64,000 nucleotides of DNA from an uncultured delta proteobacterium (GTDB lineage Bacteria; Desulfobacterota; Binatia; UBA9968), in assembly GCA_963745035.1 (NCBI GenBank), contig CAVUVW010000011.1, positions 96,001-160,000 of the forward strand, in the 5' to 3' direction. The position numbers were made by a program, and so were the translations under genes. How positions within the stretch are numbered: the stretch's first letter is position 1; each line of letters opens with the position of its first letter. The notes beneath the pieces are model-generated. The model had not been told where the DNA came from. It saw nothing but the letters and a program-made list of their open reading frames with translations, and searched no databases. Positions 43,933 through 53,355 of the stretch are shown here, one piece after another.

Positions 43933-44187
43933 GGTTTCCTCGGGTCAAAAAATCCTTGGCTGGATATAAGTCCTGCCGTCCCAGCCGTTTTTCTTCCTAA
44001 ATTCCTGTAGGTACTGCTCTACCAAAAACTGCGCTTCCTGCTCCGAAATAATCCCATGCATCCGCGCAGACGCAATAGTTTTCCCCCAAATACGCGCTTC
44101 GAGTTCCGTCCGATTCACATGGCCTCCGAGTTTGAAAATCCAAAACGTCTACCATGTTCCATTCGGAAAGCCAACCGACAAACGTTC

Positions 44188-44502
44188 TCATGCTATCAGC
44201 GTATTGCTCGGGTCATCCGGCAAGTCAAGTTCGCCGACCTCACCTATCGGCTTGCCGATGTTCTTCTGAAGCACGGTATAAATTGTCCGGCAAACACTGG
44301 AGTCCCGGCACAACAGCCGGCCCATGTACGTCTCATCTTCAATTTGAGTTGTCAGGTAACAAATCGTGATCGGATTGACCCGAGAGAGGGCGACATTTGT
44401 CAGCGTGGCAGAATCATGTGGTACTTTTTTTTCGTGTGATCCCGACAGTGAGAGCCAATTCGGCGGCCAAGCGCTTATCCCAGGGTGTTCTCGTAGTTTC
44501 AT
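44188..44502 (-). CDS. hypothetical protein
   Basis: 104 aa ATG-start ORF with globular composition. Confidence 0.6.
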   Translation of the reverse strand: MKLREHPGISAWPPNWLSLSGSHEKKVPHDSATLTNVALSRVNPITICYLTTQIEDETYMGRLLCRDSSVCRTIYTVLQKNIGKPIGEVGELDLPDDPSNTLIA

Positions 44503-44629
44503 GGCGCGCCGAATAAACAGAAATCACGCGTGGGTGTCAAGAGACCGCGGAAATTGTCAGAAAGCCGACAATAGGTAGCTGAAACGATTTGGCGGGAACC
44601 GGAGAGTTGTTGAGTGACTATCGCGAGAG

Positions 44630-44798
44630 TGTGGCCAAACATAGCGTCGGCCTCCATGCCGGTGGCATCGGCCATAATGTTTGCATAAACAGCCAAACCA
44701 GACATCGCGGTTAATTCCACTATTTCGGGCTGACCGAGGCCATGCGAGCGCACGCTTTCATAGTCTGCTTCAGATAAGCTCAGCACGCACATCAACAC
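44630..44798 (-). pseudogene. carboxymuconolactone decarboxylase/AhpD-like C-terminal fragment
   Basis: EADYESVRSHGL..EIVELTAMSGLAVYANIMADATG. Confidence 0.6.
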
Positions 44799-45173
44799 GC
44801 ACCCCCGGGCTTGATTTGCTTGATTCGCCTGCGATAGAAGGCGCAGTTAGACCGCTTGCAGCGGTATCTGGAAAGGGGTTCCGCAGCAGTAACCACTTTG
44901 CAAGAGTGAGGAGGGTTCCGTCCGATGCAACACACCCCGAAGCTGAAGGAAAACCGACTTCAACGCTATTCCACAGAACGTCTCGTCATGGAACCGCATA
45001 GAGACAAACAGTTGATTCCAACTTGGTTGAAAACTTTCACATTCTTGGGAGCCGCCGGCGCCGCTTCTCTGATCGTGGCTGCGTCGCTTTTCACGCTTTC
45101 ACAACAGGATTTTCCACTGCTCCATGGATTCTTAAGTTGGTAACTCACCGCCGCCGCGGATCGTAACCAGGGA

Positions 45174-46175
45174 ATGCAGGCGCGTGCACATTTGTTCGCC
45201 CGGGGAAAACCTATGGATACGAAAACGGGAATGCTCATCCTGCTGATCGTCGGCCAATTGCTTGCTACTGACGTGTGGAATGTTCATTCGGCCGAAGAAG
45301 TCGTTGGACAATACTTTTTTCAATTCGGCATTGGTGAGGTTACTGGTGAGTTCTCAAAGGCAGAGCGGCGCTATACAATTTCGGGGAGGTATGCGGTCGG
45401 TCACGACTTCAACACTGAGCCACCGTTTAATCCCGCCAAACGGAAGCTGGAGGCCTCCTTCGACTGGGTCGCTGAGGGGCGATATAATCCTGCCACCAAC
45501 GCCACCAGCGAGAAATTGGATCTATTCAATACGAACACTCGCGCGTCTGCCGGGTCTCTTACATCAACAATGGTGTGCGACCGAGATCCATGGCTGGAGG
45601 CATCCGTCGGCCCGTGCCAATTTGTCGTTACCACTGCCAGTGGTAGCCCACCCGGGACATTCGTTTTAGATATCAGTCCAGTGGCCCCAAGCGTTCCGTT
45701 TTCGTCGGCGCTGACCACAACCGAACGTTGGCGGTTGAACCGTCAGTACGACATCTTCCTCGCGGCGCGCCAAAAACTCGAACCTTTACTGACGCCCACG
45801 TATGAATCGACCGCACCCAGTATCGTCGCGCCGGCTCAGAATGGCTACATGATTCACAGGAAGTCGAAATTTATTATCCAACCCGCTCCAAACTTCAGCG
45901 GCACCGAAATCCTCGTGGAGTTTACGCCGCCCGACGCACCCGCCGGCCAAGCTCCCGAGAAAGTTGTTTGGCAAATGTCAACAAGCATTCTTAGTCTGGG
46001 TGCCGATATTCCGTACGCGATCTTCGGAACACGGGAGGGGACCTGGGCAATGCGTGCCCGCATAAACGTGCCGACACCCGGCGCCTTTACCCGGGAAGTC
46101 CGATTTCAGTACCTTATGCAAAGTCCATTCGTGAACCTCCCGTCAGAGAGATCGGTTGAGCTGCCGGGTCGGTGA
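45174..46175 (+). CDS. hypothetical secreted protein
   Basis: 333 aa ORF with hydrophobic leader; no family recognised. Confidence 0.65.
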   Translation: MQARAHLFARGKPMDTKTGMLILLIVGQLLATDVWNVHSAEEVVGQYFFQFGIGEVTGEFSKAERRYTISGRYAVGHDFNTEPPFNPAKRKLEASFDWVAEGRYNPATNATSEKLDLFNTNTRASAGSLTSTMVCDRDPWLEASVGPCQFVVTTASGSPPGTFVLDISPVAPSVPFSSALTTTERWRLNRQYDIFLAARQKLEPLLTPTYESTAPSIVAPAQNGYMIHRKSKFIIQPAPNFSGTEILVEFTPPDAPAGQAPEKVVWQMSTSILSLGADIPYAIFGTREGTWAMRARINVPTPGAFTREVRFQYLMQSPFVNLPSERSVELPGR

Positions 46176-46221
46176 GAAACTGATCGCCAAAAAGCGGCGT
46201 CGCGCCTTGCGTTATCCTTTT

Positions 46222-46251
46222 AACTGAATTGAATTCTCCGCCGGTACACTA
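46222..46251 (+). repeat. R7: degenerate solo core A
   Basis: AACTGAATTGA ATTCTCCG CCGGTACACTA. Confidence 0.55.
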
Positions 46252-46368
46252 GCGTTCTCCAGCCAAAGCGATTTGACTGATGGACCCGTCACAGGAGAAG
46301 TCGACCGGCGTTTACTACGACAGCTCACTTAACAGGTGGTGTCGATACTACGCTCAAAGGACACATCG

Positions 46369-46730
46369 ATGGAGAAGAGCGTCTGGGCGAGTGGCCAAGC
46401 GTATGAGCCCTACGTAGGTCGTTGGAGCCGACGGGCGGCTCGCGAGTTCGTCGGGTGGCTTGCGGTTCCGCCTGCTGCTCGGTGGCTTGATGTCGGATGC
46501 GGTACGGGAGCGCTGACTGAAACGATTCTGCGTTGCGCAAGTCCCTCCGAAGTTATGGTATCGCCCCTTCGGAGGGCTATCTTGGCCTCGCGCGCGAGCA
46601 GGTTCGAGATCCCAGAGTTCGCTTCGACGTCGGCGATGCTCGCCACCTTTTAGTTGAACCGGCGCGATGCGATGCTGTAGTGTCCGCACTCGTGCTCAAC
46701 TTCATTCCGGATCTTCCTGCGGGACTGGCG
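46369..46730 (+). pseudogene. class I SAM methyltransferase, frameshifted and truncated
   Basis: AYEPYVGRWSR, WLDVGCGTG, DAVVSALVLNFIPD. Confidence 0.8.
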
Positions 46731-46849
46731 GGCAGTCCGCGGCCGGGCATCCCAGTAGGGAGCAACGGTGAAGCATATTGCGGCCCAGCCAATCATTGCT
46801 GCGGACGCGGCAAATACGTTGCGCTGCTGAGTGACTCGGTTATTCCTGA

Positions 46850-46913
46850 GATTGAACTGATTTCTCCATCAAGCCAATCTTGCCAGATTAATGGTGCGTC
46901 GTTCAGTTCAATC
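46850..46913 (+). repeat. composite site R8 (full, short linker)
   Basis: GATTGAACTGA TTTCTCCA TCAAGCCAATC ... TGCGTCGT TCAGTTCAATC CTA. Confidence 0.92.
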
Positions 46914-47026
46914 CTACGTCCAAATTAGCCTTTTCTCCCTCGATGAATCGGTTTTCCTTCTGCCGTAAATAACACTTTTCTCAGCTTCCGTGTCCGTGAT
47001 AAGTCTTGTCACGAACGAGGCGCGAA

Positions 47027-48027
47027 ATGAAAAAACGAGTTGGTCATCAATCCTGGTTGCAGCCATGCTGCTCGCTGTTGCAGTCATAGCCGAGGCGCAG
47101 CAGCAGGCGAAGAAGGTACCTCGGATAGGGTATCTAGCATCGAGAGACCCGGCTACGGAGTCCACGCGGTCCGAGCCAGTTCGACTGGCTCTGCGGGAGC
47201 TTGGCTACATAGAAGGAAAGAACGTCGTCATCGACTACCGATATGCGGAGGGGAAGCGTGATCGCTACCCTGAGCTTCTGGCCGAACTGGTCCGTCTCAA
47301 GGTTGATGTCATCGTGGCAGCAGGAGGCGAGCCGACGGTCCGGGCGGCCATTAAAGCGACGAAGACGATTCCCATCGTAATGACAGGTGGTGGGGCCGAT
47401 CCTGTCGAGGCAGGCTATATCAAAAGCCTTGCCCGTCCCGGCGGCAACGTCACCGGCATTACGAACCTTGGCTTAGAGCTAGGCGGAAAACGGCTGGAGT
47501 TGCTCAAAGAAGCTCTTCCCAAGGTGGCCCGTGTCGCGGTTCTCTACGATCCGGCGGCAGGTTCAGACTTCCTACGCGAGGTGAATGAGGATCTCCCAAT
47601 CGCGGCACATGGGTTGGGTTTGGATATTCGGTCTTGGGAGGCACGAGCTGTGGGCGATTTCGAAAGGATATTCGCTGCGCTAAACAAGGAGCGCCCCGAT
47701 GGGCTCTATGTGACCGGGAGCCTGCTCTTTCATACTAACCGAAAACGGATTGTCGAGTTTGCGTTACAGAGCCGGTTACCGTCTGTATACAGTAGAAGAG
47801 AATATGTAGATGAAGGGGGGCTCATATACTATGGGGCGGACCTCGCGGACAGCTACCGGCGTGTCGCATATTACGTGGACAAAATTCTCAAAGGTACGAA
47901 GCCTGCGGACTTGCCTGTCGAACAACCTGCAAAGTTCGAGCTGGCGATCAATCTTAAAACCGCAAAGCAGATCGGTCTGACGATTCCACAAAAAGTGTTG
48001 TCGCGGGCGGATAAGGTGATCAAGTAA
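47027..48027 (+). CDS. ABC transporter substrate-binding protein (ABC_sub_bind, Trp/Tyr-type)
   Basis: LRELGYIEGKN, SLARPGGNVTG, GTKPADLPVEQP, RADKVIK*; start probably frameshifted in an A-run. Confidence 0.92.
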
Positions 48028-48044
48028 CCACCCGGCGACGCTAG

Positions 48045-48104
48045 GATTGAACTGAATTCTCCATCTAATCAGTCTCGCCTTAGATCAACCTGAAGCGTCG
48101 TTCA
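48045..48104 (+). repeat. composite site R9 (last arm truncated)
   Basis: GATTGAACTGA ATTCTCCA TCTAATCAGTC ... GATCAACCTGA AGCGTCGT TCA. Confidence 0.9.
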
Positions 48105-48227
48105 TGTTGGAGCCGCATTCGAAAAAGCGAAGATAGAGCGTACCCAAGGGCTTCTCGTAAATGCTCGATTCCGATCGGGTTAAAGCCCTCCAATAAAGCA
48201 TTTTCTTCCTTCCCAAATTTTTTACAC

Positions 48228-48257
48228 GATCAAACTGAAGCGTCGTTTAGTTGAATT
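48228..48257 (+). repeat. R10: solo core B
   Basis: GATCAAACTGA AGCGTCGT TTAGTTGAATT. Confidence 0.85.
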
Positions 48258-48646
48258 CTAGGCGCGCCAACCCTGCCGCCAAGCTGAAAGCGCCTCGCAA
48301 AAAACTGTTTCACCTCCGCTGTTTCTCAGAGAAACGGAGGTGACGGTGACCTCTGTCCGTACAAGAAAATTCATCGATCCGCCGTTGGAGGCCCACCGCC
48401 TCGGGCTACTCATTAAAGGGATGTGAGTAAATTTCCTACCGACTCTAACTCTGAGTGTCTGCTTATCCAAACATTGTGAAAGGTTTGTTCACTAAATTTC
48501 ACGCGGTTGTGCTGGCATATGGATTGCCAGACTAAAAAGGATGTGAATTCACCTACTCAGCCCTACGAAGCGCGACTTGTGTGTAGGGTCAGTCGTTTTT
48601 AACCGGGATGGCCTTAAAAAGAGAAATAAAACAAATAAAGTAGTTT

Positions 48647-49066
48647 ATGAAAAAAATCTTCTCGGCGCTCCTATTTTTACAACTCTTGGTGTTGGCATTG
48701 ATGGCGCCGAATCTGTTTGCAGATGAAAGACGGGAATTCATTTCGAAAACAATGAATCCGGAGGTTCAAAAGCTTTTGGAAAACTGCGGCAGAGAAATAA
48801 TTGGCGAGGAGCCATTTTCAAGCAAGAATAATAATATCATGAACTATATGATCGGCTTTTATGATACCGATCACGGTTTGCTTGTTACGCTTCAAGCATT
48901 ACAGCAACGATTAAATGAGCATGGACGCGCGATCCCGGATGTTTATTCTAGCGAACTTGTGGCGATTGTATTCGTTGATCGATCGCTCTTGTGGTATAAA
49001 TCTCAAACCGCTAAGAGCACCTTAAAAGCAAAAATGGCGCGGTTAATGCAAAACCGATCTATTTAA
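48647..49066 (+). CDS. hypothetical exported protein, AT-rich
   Basis: 139 aa with signal peptide MKKIFSALLFL. Confidence 0.65.
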   Translation: MKKIFSALLFLQLLVLALMAPNLFADERREFISKTMNPEVQKLLENCGREIIGEEPFSSKNNNIMNYMIGFYDTDHGLLVTLQALQQRLNEHGRAIPDVYSSELVAIVFVDRSLLWYKSQTAKSTLKAKMARLMQNRSI

Positions 49067-49246
49067 GCAGGCACCCTGCTTTTTATTTTTCTTTGAGTCC
49101 CGCATCGTAACATACCTCGAACTCCTCTCAACTTAGACGCCCTCCGTGCCGTTATCATCGAGCGCCGAACACTTTGCGAGTGACCCCTCACCCGTTTGGG
49201 TAGATCTTAGGAACCAGTTTATTAAACAACCATGCGACGATGCCAG

Positions 49247-49294
49247 GATTGAACTGAATTCTCCATCAACGCAATCTCGCCTGAAACACATTGA
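49247..49294 (+). repeat. R11: core A plus linker, truncated at spacer B
   Basis: GATTGAACTGA ATTCTCCA TCAACGCAATC TCGCCTGAAACACATTGA. Confidence 0.9.
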
Positions 49295-49589
49295 CGTTCG
49301 CATGTGTCCTCAGTGTAAGTCGCCGCACGTGCCGAAAGACCAGAGGCGGGAGCGCTAAGATGCCATTTCGCGTTATGCGGCGATGGGCCTTATACATGCG
49401 ACATTTCCCGTTCTCGCGAATGGAAAACTTAGATGTTTAGAACGCGCAGCGAGAGAGAGGAGGCAGAAAATGTGTGGACTAGAAATCTTTACTGATTAGA
49501 GTGCGGCTATCCCATGGATGGTTGGTGGTTACTCAGTACGTTTGGTCGGGACTTGGAATATCTGCCAAACAGGCATCAGTCGCCCGTGG

Positions 49590-49889
49590 TTACTTGATCA
49601 CTCTATCCGAAGCGCCCATATCCAAAGTGTCCTCTCTCCCCGCCCGCGCCAGCACATTCGGCGGAATCGTCACCCGCGATGAACGTTCGGCGTCCGGGAC
49701 GAGTGACAGATCCGGTTTTCCATCATCGATCCATTTCTTTGCGAATCTAAGACCGTCCATTTCCGCTTCTTCTCGTAGACGAAACGTTCGATTAACAGTT
49801 AACTTACTAGTTATCCCTTTACCATCTTCGCTCCAAATTATTGTAAGGCATAGCTTCCACTGACGCGGGGCCAGTCGCGAGGAGGACAC
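49590..49889 (-). CDS. small KKWIDDGKP-type protein fused to an ABC SBP C-terminal tail
   Basis: EEAEMDGLRFAKKWIDDGKP then VTIPPNVLARA...DRVIK*. Confidence 0.55.
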   Translation of the reverse strand: MSSSRLAPRQWKLCLTIIWSEDGKGITSKLTVNRTFRLREEAEMDGLRFAKKWIDDGKPDLSLVPDAERSSRVTIPPNVLARAGREDTLDMGASDRVIK

Positions 49890-49959
49890 GAGGATCCTAT
49901 GACCTTTGTGAGTTGCGTTGATGAATTTTTCTCCTAGATGTTGGTGGGCGAGTTCCTAC

Positions 49960-50352
49960 TTAGGAAGCCAGCAAATGGGTCCGCAGGACATCCCGTAGCA
50001 GTGGCAATTGTAACGGCTTGTACAAGATCTCTGCAGCGCCGGCATTAAGCGCGCGGTCGGCACGTTCTTCAACGTTGAAGTCGGTGGTCCACCCGCTATT
50101 TAAGACCACCGGGATATTGCGAGTGGACATATTCCTCTTTAATTGCACCGTTACTTCATCTCCATTTAACCCGGGCAAACGTATGTCCATCATGATCAGA
50201 TCAGGACGAAGGCTGAAAGCCTTGTCGAGGCCCTCTGGACCCGTAGCCGCTTCGACAACTTCGTGGCCCAAACCATTGAAAAACCCTCGAAGCGATTCTC
50301 GAAACTTTTCGTTGCCATCGACGATCAATATTTTTTTAGCCGTGTTGTGCAT
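49960..50352 (-). CDS. single-domain response regulator receiver
   Basis: KILIVDG, PDLIMMDIRLPGLNG, KP. Confidence 0.88.
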   Translation of the reverse strand: MHNTAKKILIVDGNEKFRESLRGFFNGLGHEVVEAATGPEGLDKAFSLRPDLIMMDIRLPGLNGDEVTVQLKRNMSTRNIPVVLNSGWTTDFNVEERADRALNAGAAEILYKPLQLPLLRDVLRTHLLAS

Positions 50353-50525
50353 GGAAGAAGCCTAGCAGCACAAGATATGCCAGCGCTTCAAATGTCAGTA
50401 TTTTGGTATTTTGTCGCCTTTAGCGCCTATGCAGCGATGTTTGGCGCTGCGACTTGCTTGGAGAATGACTGTCACTTTGCCAAGATTCGCGGGCCGTGCC
50501 TGCTCAGCCTTGGCGTTAGCGCCAG

Positions 50526-50594
50526 GATTGAACTGCATTCTCCATCAACGCAATCTCGCGTGGCATCAACATTGAAGCGTCGTTCAGTTCAATC
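50526..50594 (+). repeat. composite site R12 (full)
   Basis: GATTGAACTGC ATTCTCCA TCAACGCAATC ... ATTGA AGCGTCGT TCAGTTCAATC. Confidence 0.95.
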
Positions 50595-51202
50595 TCAGGC
50601 TAAATCTGGTCCTCCCAGTCGACGAATATCTGTTGCCTTCGTATCGTAAATCCGAGTTTCGTAGCGATTCGAATTCAGCCAGATCTTCGAGGCTCATCGC
50701 CCAGGATAAACAAAGACTCTGCCGGGAAATCTCCCCTTGGGCTAAAACGTGGGATCAATACATCATCGCGCCGGATTATGATTATAATTTACTCGGTGGG
50801 TGCGCTGGGTGTAGAGTTCGTATATTGGTTGAATCTCTCTTTTAAGGGGAAACTTTATGGATAAAAATGCGCCTGGCCTTGATGTCGGAACTAAGTGCGG
50901 ACATTCGTGTACAAGACTAGATGGCCCCATTAAGAATGACTTTGGTTGTTGTATTTGTATGGGCGAGACGCAGTTGTGTACATCGTGCGAAAAGAGAAGA
51001 CTCTCGGAAGATCCCGTTGGGGAGAAGGACGAAAGTGTCAACACACCTGGAAGCCGAAAAGATTAAGGTTTAGGAACCGGCGTTGGATCGACGGCCTCGG
51101 CTAGAATAGCGCGAATCAACCGGATCTTTTGCCCGACAACTTTTTGAGATCGTAAGTTACGGTCTCGTGGCGCGGGCGGGTAAAGTGATGAAGTGACGCC
51201 AA

Positions 51203-51232
51203 GATTGAACTGTATTCTCCATCAATTCAATT
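51203..51232 (+). repeat. R13: solo core A
   Basis: GATTGAACTGT ATTCTCCA TCAATTCAATT. Confidence 0.9.
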
Positions 51233-51321
51233 TCACGTCGATGACCCTGGAGTGCTACGGTCCGTGCTGCCCGGCCCTTTTCCTGCGCGGGCGGACAGAG
51301 TGATAAAATAAGGAGCGCATT

Positions 51322-51984
51322 ATGATCGGTGCCAAGGCTCTGTTAGAAGGGATTCGGCAAGATTTGCAGCCCGTCACGGAACGGCTTCTGGGGCATCCTT
51401 ACGTGAAGGCTCTGGAGGAAGGGCAGATTGAGCGGGAGAAGCTCCGTCTTTTTGCCGGCGAGCAGTACAGCATCATAGCGAGTGATCTCAAAAGCGTCGC
51501 TTATTTGCTTAGCCGCTTCGGTAGCGCTCCGAGCCGTGATTTCTTTCTCGGAATCCTGCAGGGTGAAAGAGCTGCCTGGGATGGCTTGCTAACGTTCGTC
51601 AATGCCCTCGGCCTAAGCGAAGCTCAACTGAGCAAGCACGAGCCAGCGGCTGGCGCTCATGCCTACACCTGCTACATGGCGTGGCTTGCGCTCTATGCCT
51701 CTGACGCCGAGATTGCTGCTGCCTACCTGGTCAATTTTCCAGCGTGGGGTCAGAACTGTGGCCGCCTGAGCCGGATTCTGAAAGAGCGTTTCGGTATGGG
51801 CGAGAAGGAAGTCGCTTTTTTTGATCTCTTCGCCTCTCCTCCAACTACATTTGAAGCCGACGCTCTGAAAGTTATTCAGCAGGGACTCGATCGAGGCATC
51901 GAGCCGAGCCTGATCCAACGGGCGGCTCGGTTACTCCAGGCCTACGAGCTCATGTATTGGGATACCCTCTACGGGGCGTCTTAG
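51322..51984 (+). CDS. TenA/THI-4 family protein
   Basis: HPYVKAL..G, AYTCYMAWLA, YELMYWD. Confidence 0.85.
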   Translation: MIGAKALLEGIRQDLQPVTERLLGHPYVKALEEGQIEREKLRLFAGEQYSIIASDLKSVAYLLSRFGSAPSRDFFLGILQGERAAWDGLLTFVNALGLSEAQLSKHEPAAGAHAYTCYMAWLALYASDAEIAAAYLVNFPAWGQNCGRLSRILKERFGMGEKEVAFFDLFASPPTTFEADALKVIQQGLDRGIEPSLIQRAARLLQAYELMYWDTLYGAS

Positions 51985-52045
51985 CCGTGCTGGCAGGGCG
52001 GATAAAGTGATCGAGTGAGCGAAGAAAACCAAGCGGCAATGCTAG

Positions 52046-52113
52046 GATTGAACTGAATTCTCCATCAAACCAATCTTACGTCTCATCCAACTGAAGCGTC
52101 GTTCAGTTCAATC
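52046..52113 (+). repeat. composite site R14 (full)
   Basis: TAG GATTGAACTGA ATTCTCCA TCAAACCAATC TTACGTCTCATCCAACTGA AGCGTCGT TCAGTTCAATC CTA. Confidence 0.95.
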
Positions 52114-52264
52114 CTACATGGCTGTTTTTGTGATGGTCTGGCCGAATAGGCCGCCGATTCGTTAGGCAGATAAGCTGCCGTGCCGGTCGGCTTTTTAGCG
52201 AAAAACTCTAACGTTGACAATCCAGGTGAGCTGATGGATATTCCACGCAATTTGAACTTTTATT

Positions 52265-52340
52265 GTCCAAGCTGTCGCCGAGATAAGCCGACCGGCATTT
52301 GTCGCCGCCTACGGCGGCGCGGCTCACTTAATAGTTAGAC
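52265..52340 (+). other. degenerate attC ending in GTTAGAC
   Basis: GCCGCCTACGGCGGC hairpin, GGCTCACTT, R' GTTAGAC at 52334-52340. Confidence 0.6.
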
Positions 52341-52374
52341 CTCATTAACCATCGACACGTTTAGGGAGGCGACT

Positions 52375-53170
52375 ATGGAACCCAACCTGCATACGGATGC
52401 CAATAAGTACCAGGCCGGGATGGGAGGCTGGAGTAAAACTCTTGCTCCTCTATTCATCGAATTTATAGGAGGTATCAAAGAAGGGGATCGGGTGTTAGAT
52501 GTAGGCTGTGGTACGGGTTCACTCACAAACACCATTGCTGATACAACAAAAGCCGCAACAGTTATCGGCATCGACCCTTCAGTAGGCTACTTAGAATATG
52601 CCCGTACACACAATACACGTTCGCACGTTTCCTTTGAAATCGGGGATGCTCAGAAACTTTCCTATGACAATGGCTCTTTCGACTGCTGCGTATCTTCGTT
52701 GATGATTCAATTTGTCTCGGCTGCGGACGCGGCAGCAAGAGAAATGAGGCGCGTCACAAAGAACGCGCGGAACTGTTGCAACTTGTGTATGGGACAACAG
52801 TGGAGGCATGGAGTTAGCCGAAAGATTCTGGGATGCGGCCATTGCAATTGACCCAGAAGCCAAACGAACTGGGAATAGCCGTTATGGATCGCCAAGCGCG
52901 CTTTCAGATTTGTGGAGCGCCGCTGGTTTTGCGAATGTTGAAACAGGACCTCTGGTTATTCCTATGGAGTTTCCTTCCTTCGAGGATTTGTGGCGCATTC
53001 AGTCAGATGCGCAGGGACCGCCTAAACTTTATATCAGCAGTCTGTCTGAGGATCGCCGACAGTTATTGAAGGAGCGACTACGCGCGGACATTCTTGGTAA
53101 TCGCCCTCATGGATCGATTAGCCTTCGTGCAAAGGCTTGGGCAGTGCGTGGGATAGTGCCGGCAGGGTAG
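52375..53170 (+). CDS. class I SAM methyltransferase, integron cassette gene (frameshift ~52770)
   Basis: RVLDVGCGTG, IGIDPS, AKAWAVRG; ORFs 52375-52851 and 52808-53170. Confidence 0.85.
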
Positions 53171-53294
53171 ATTTTCGACGGACTAGTTTGCGCAAATTGG
53201 AGTAGCTGTGATCCATCCATCCTAGTAAACGAAGCGAACGGATAATCTTCTTATCGCTTGGGCGTGGCCGCGTGTCGGTTTCGCATTGTGTGGT

Positions 53295-53351
53295 GTCTAA
53301 CTTTCCGCTTCAAGCCGCCGCATGACGCGCGGGCTGAGCGCGGCGTTAGCG
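53295..53351 (+). other. integron attC site
   Basis: R'' GTCTAAC (complement of upstream GTTAGAC) ... GCTGAGCGCGGC GTTAGCG. Confidence 0.7.
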
Positions 53352-53355
53352 CCAG

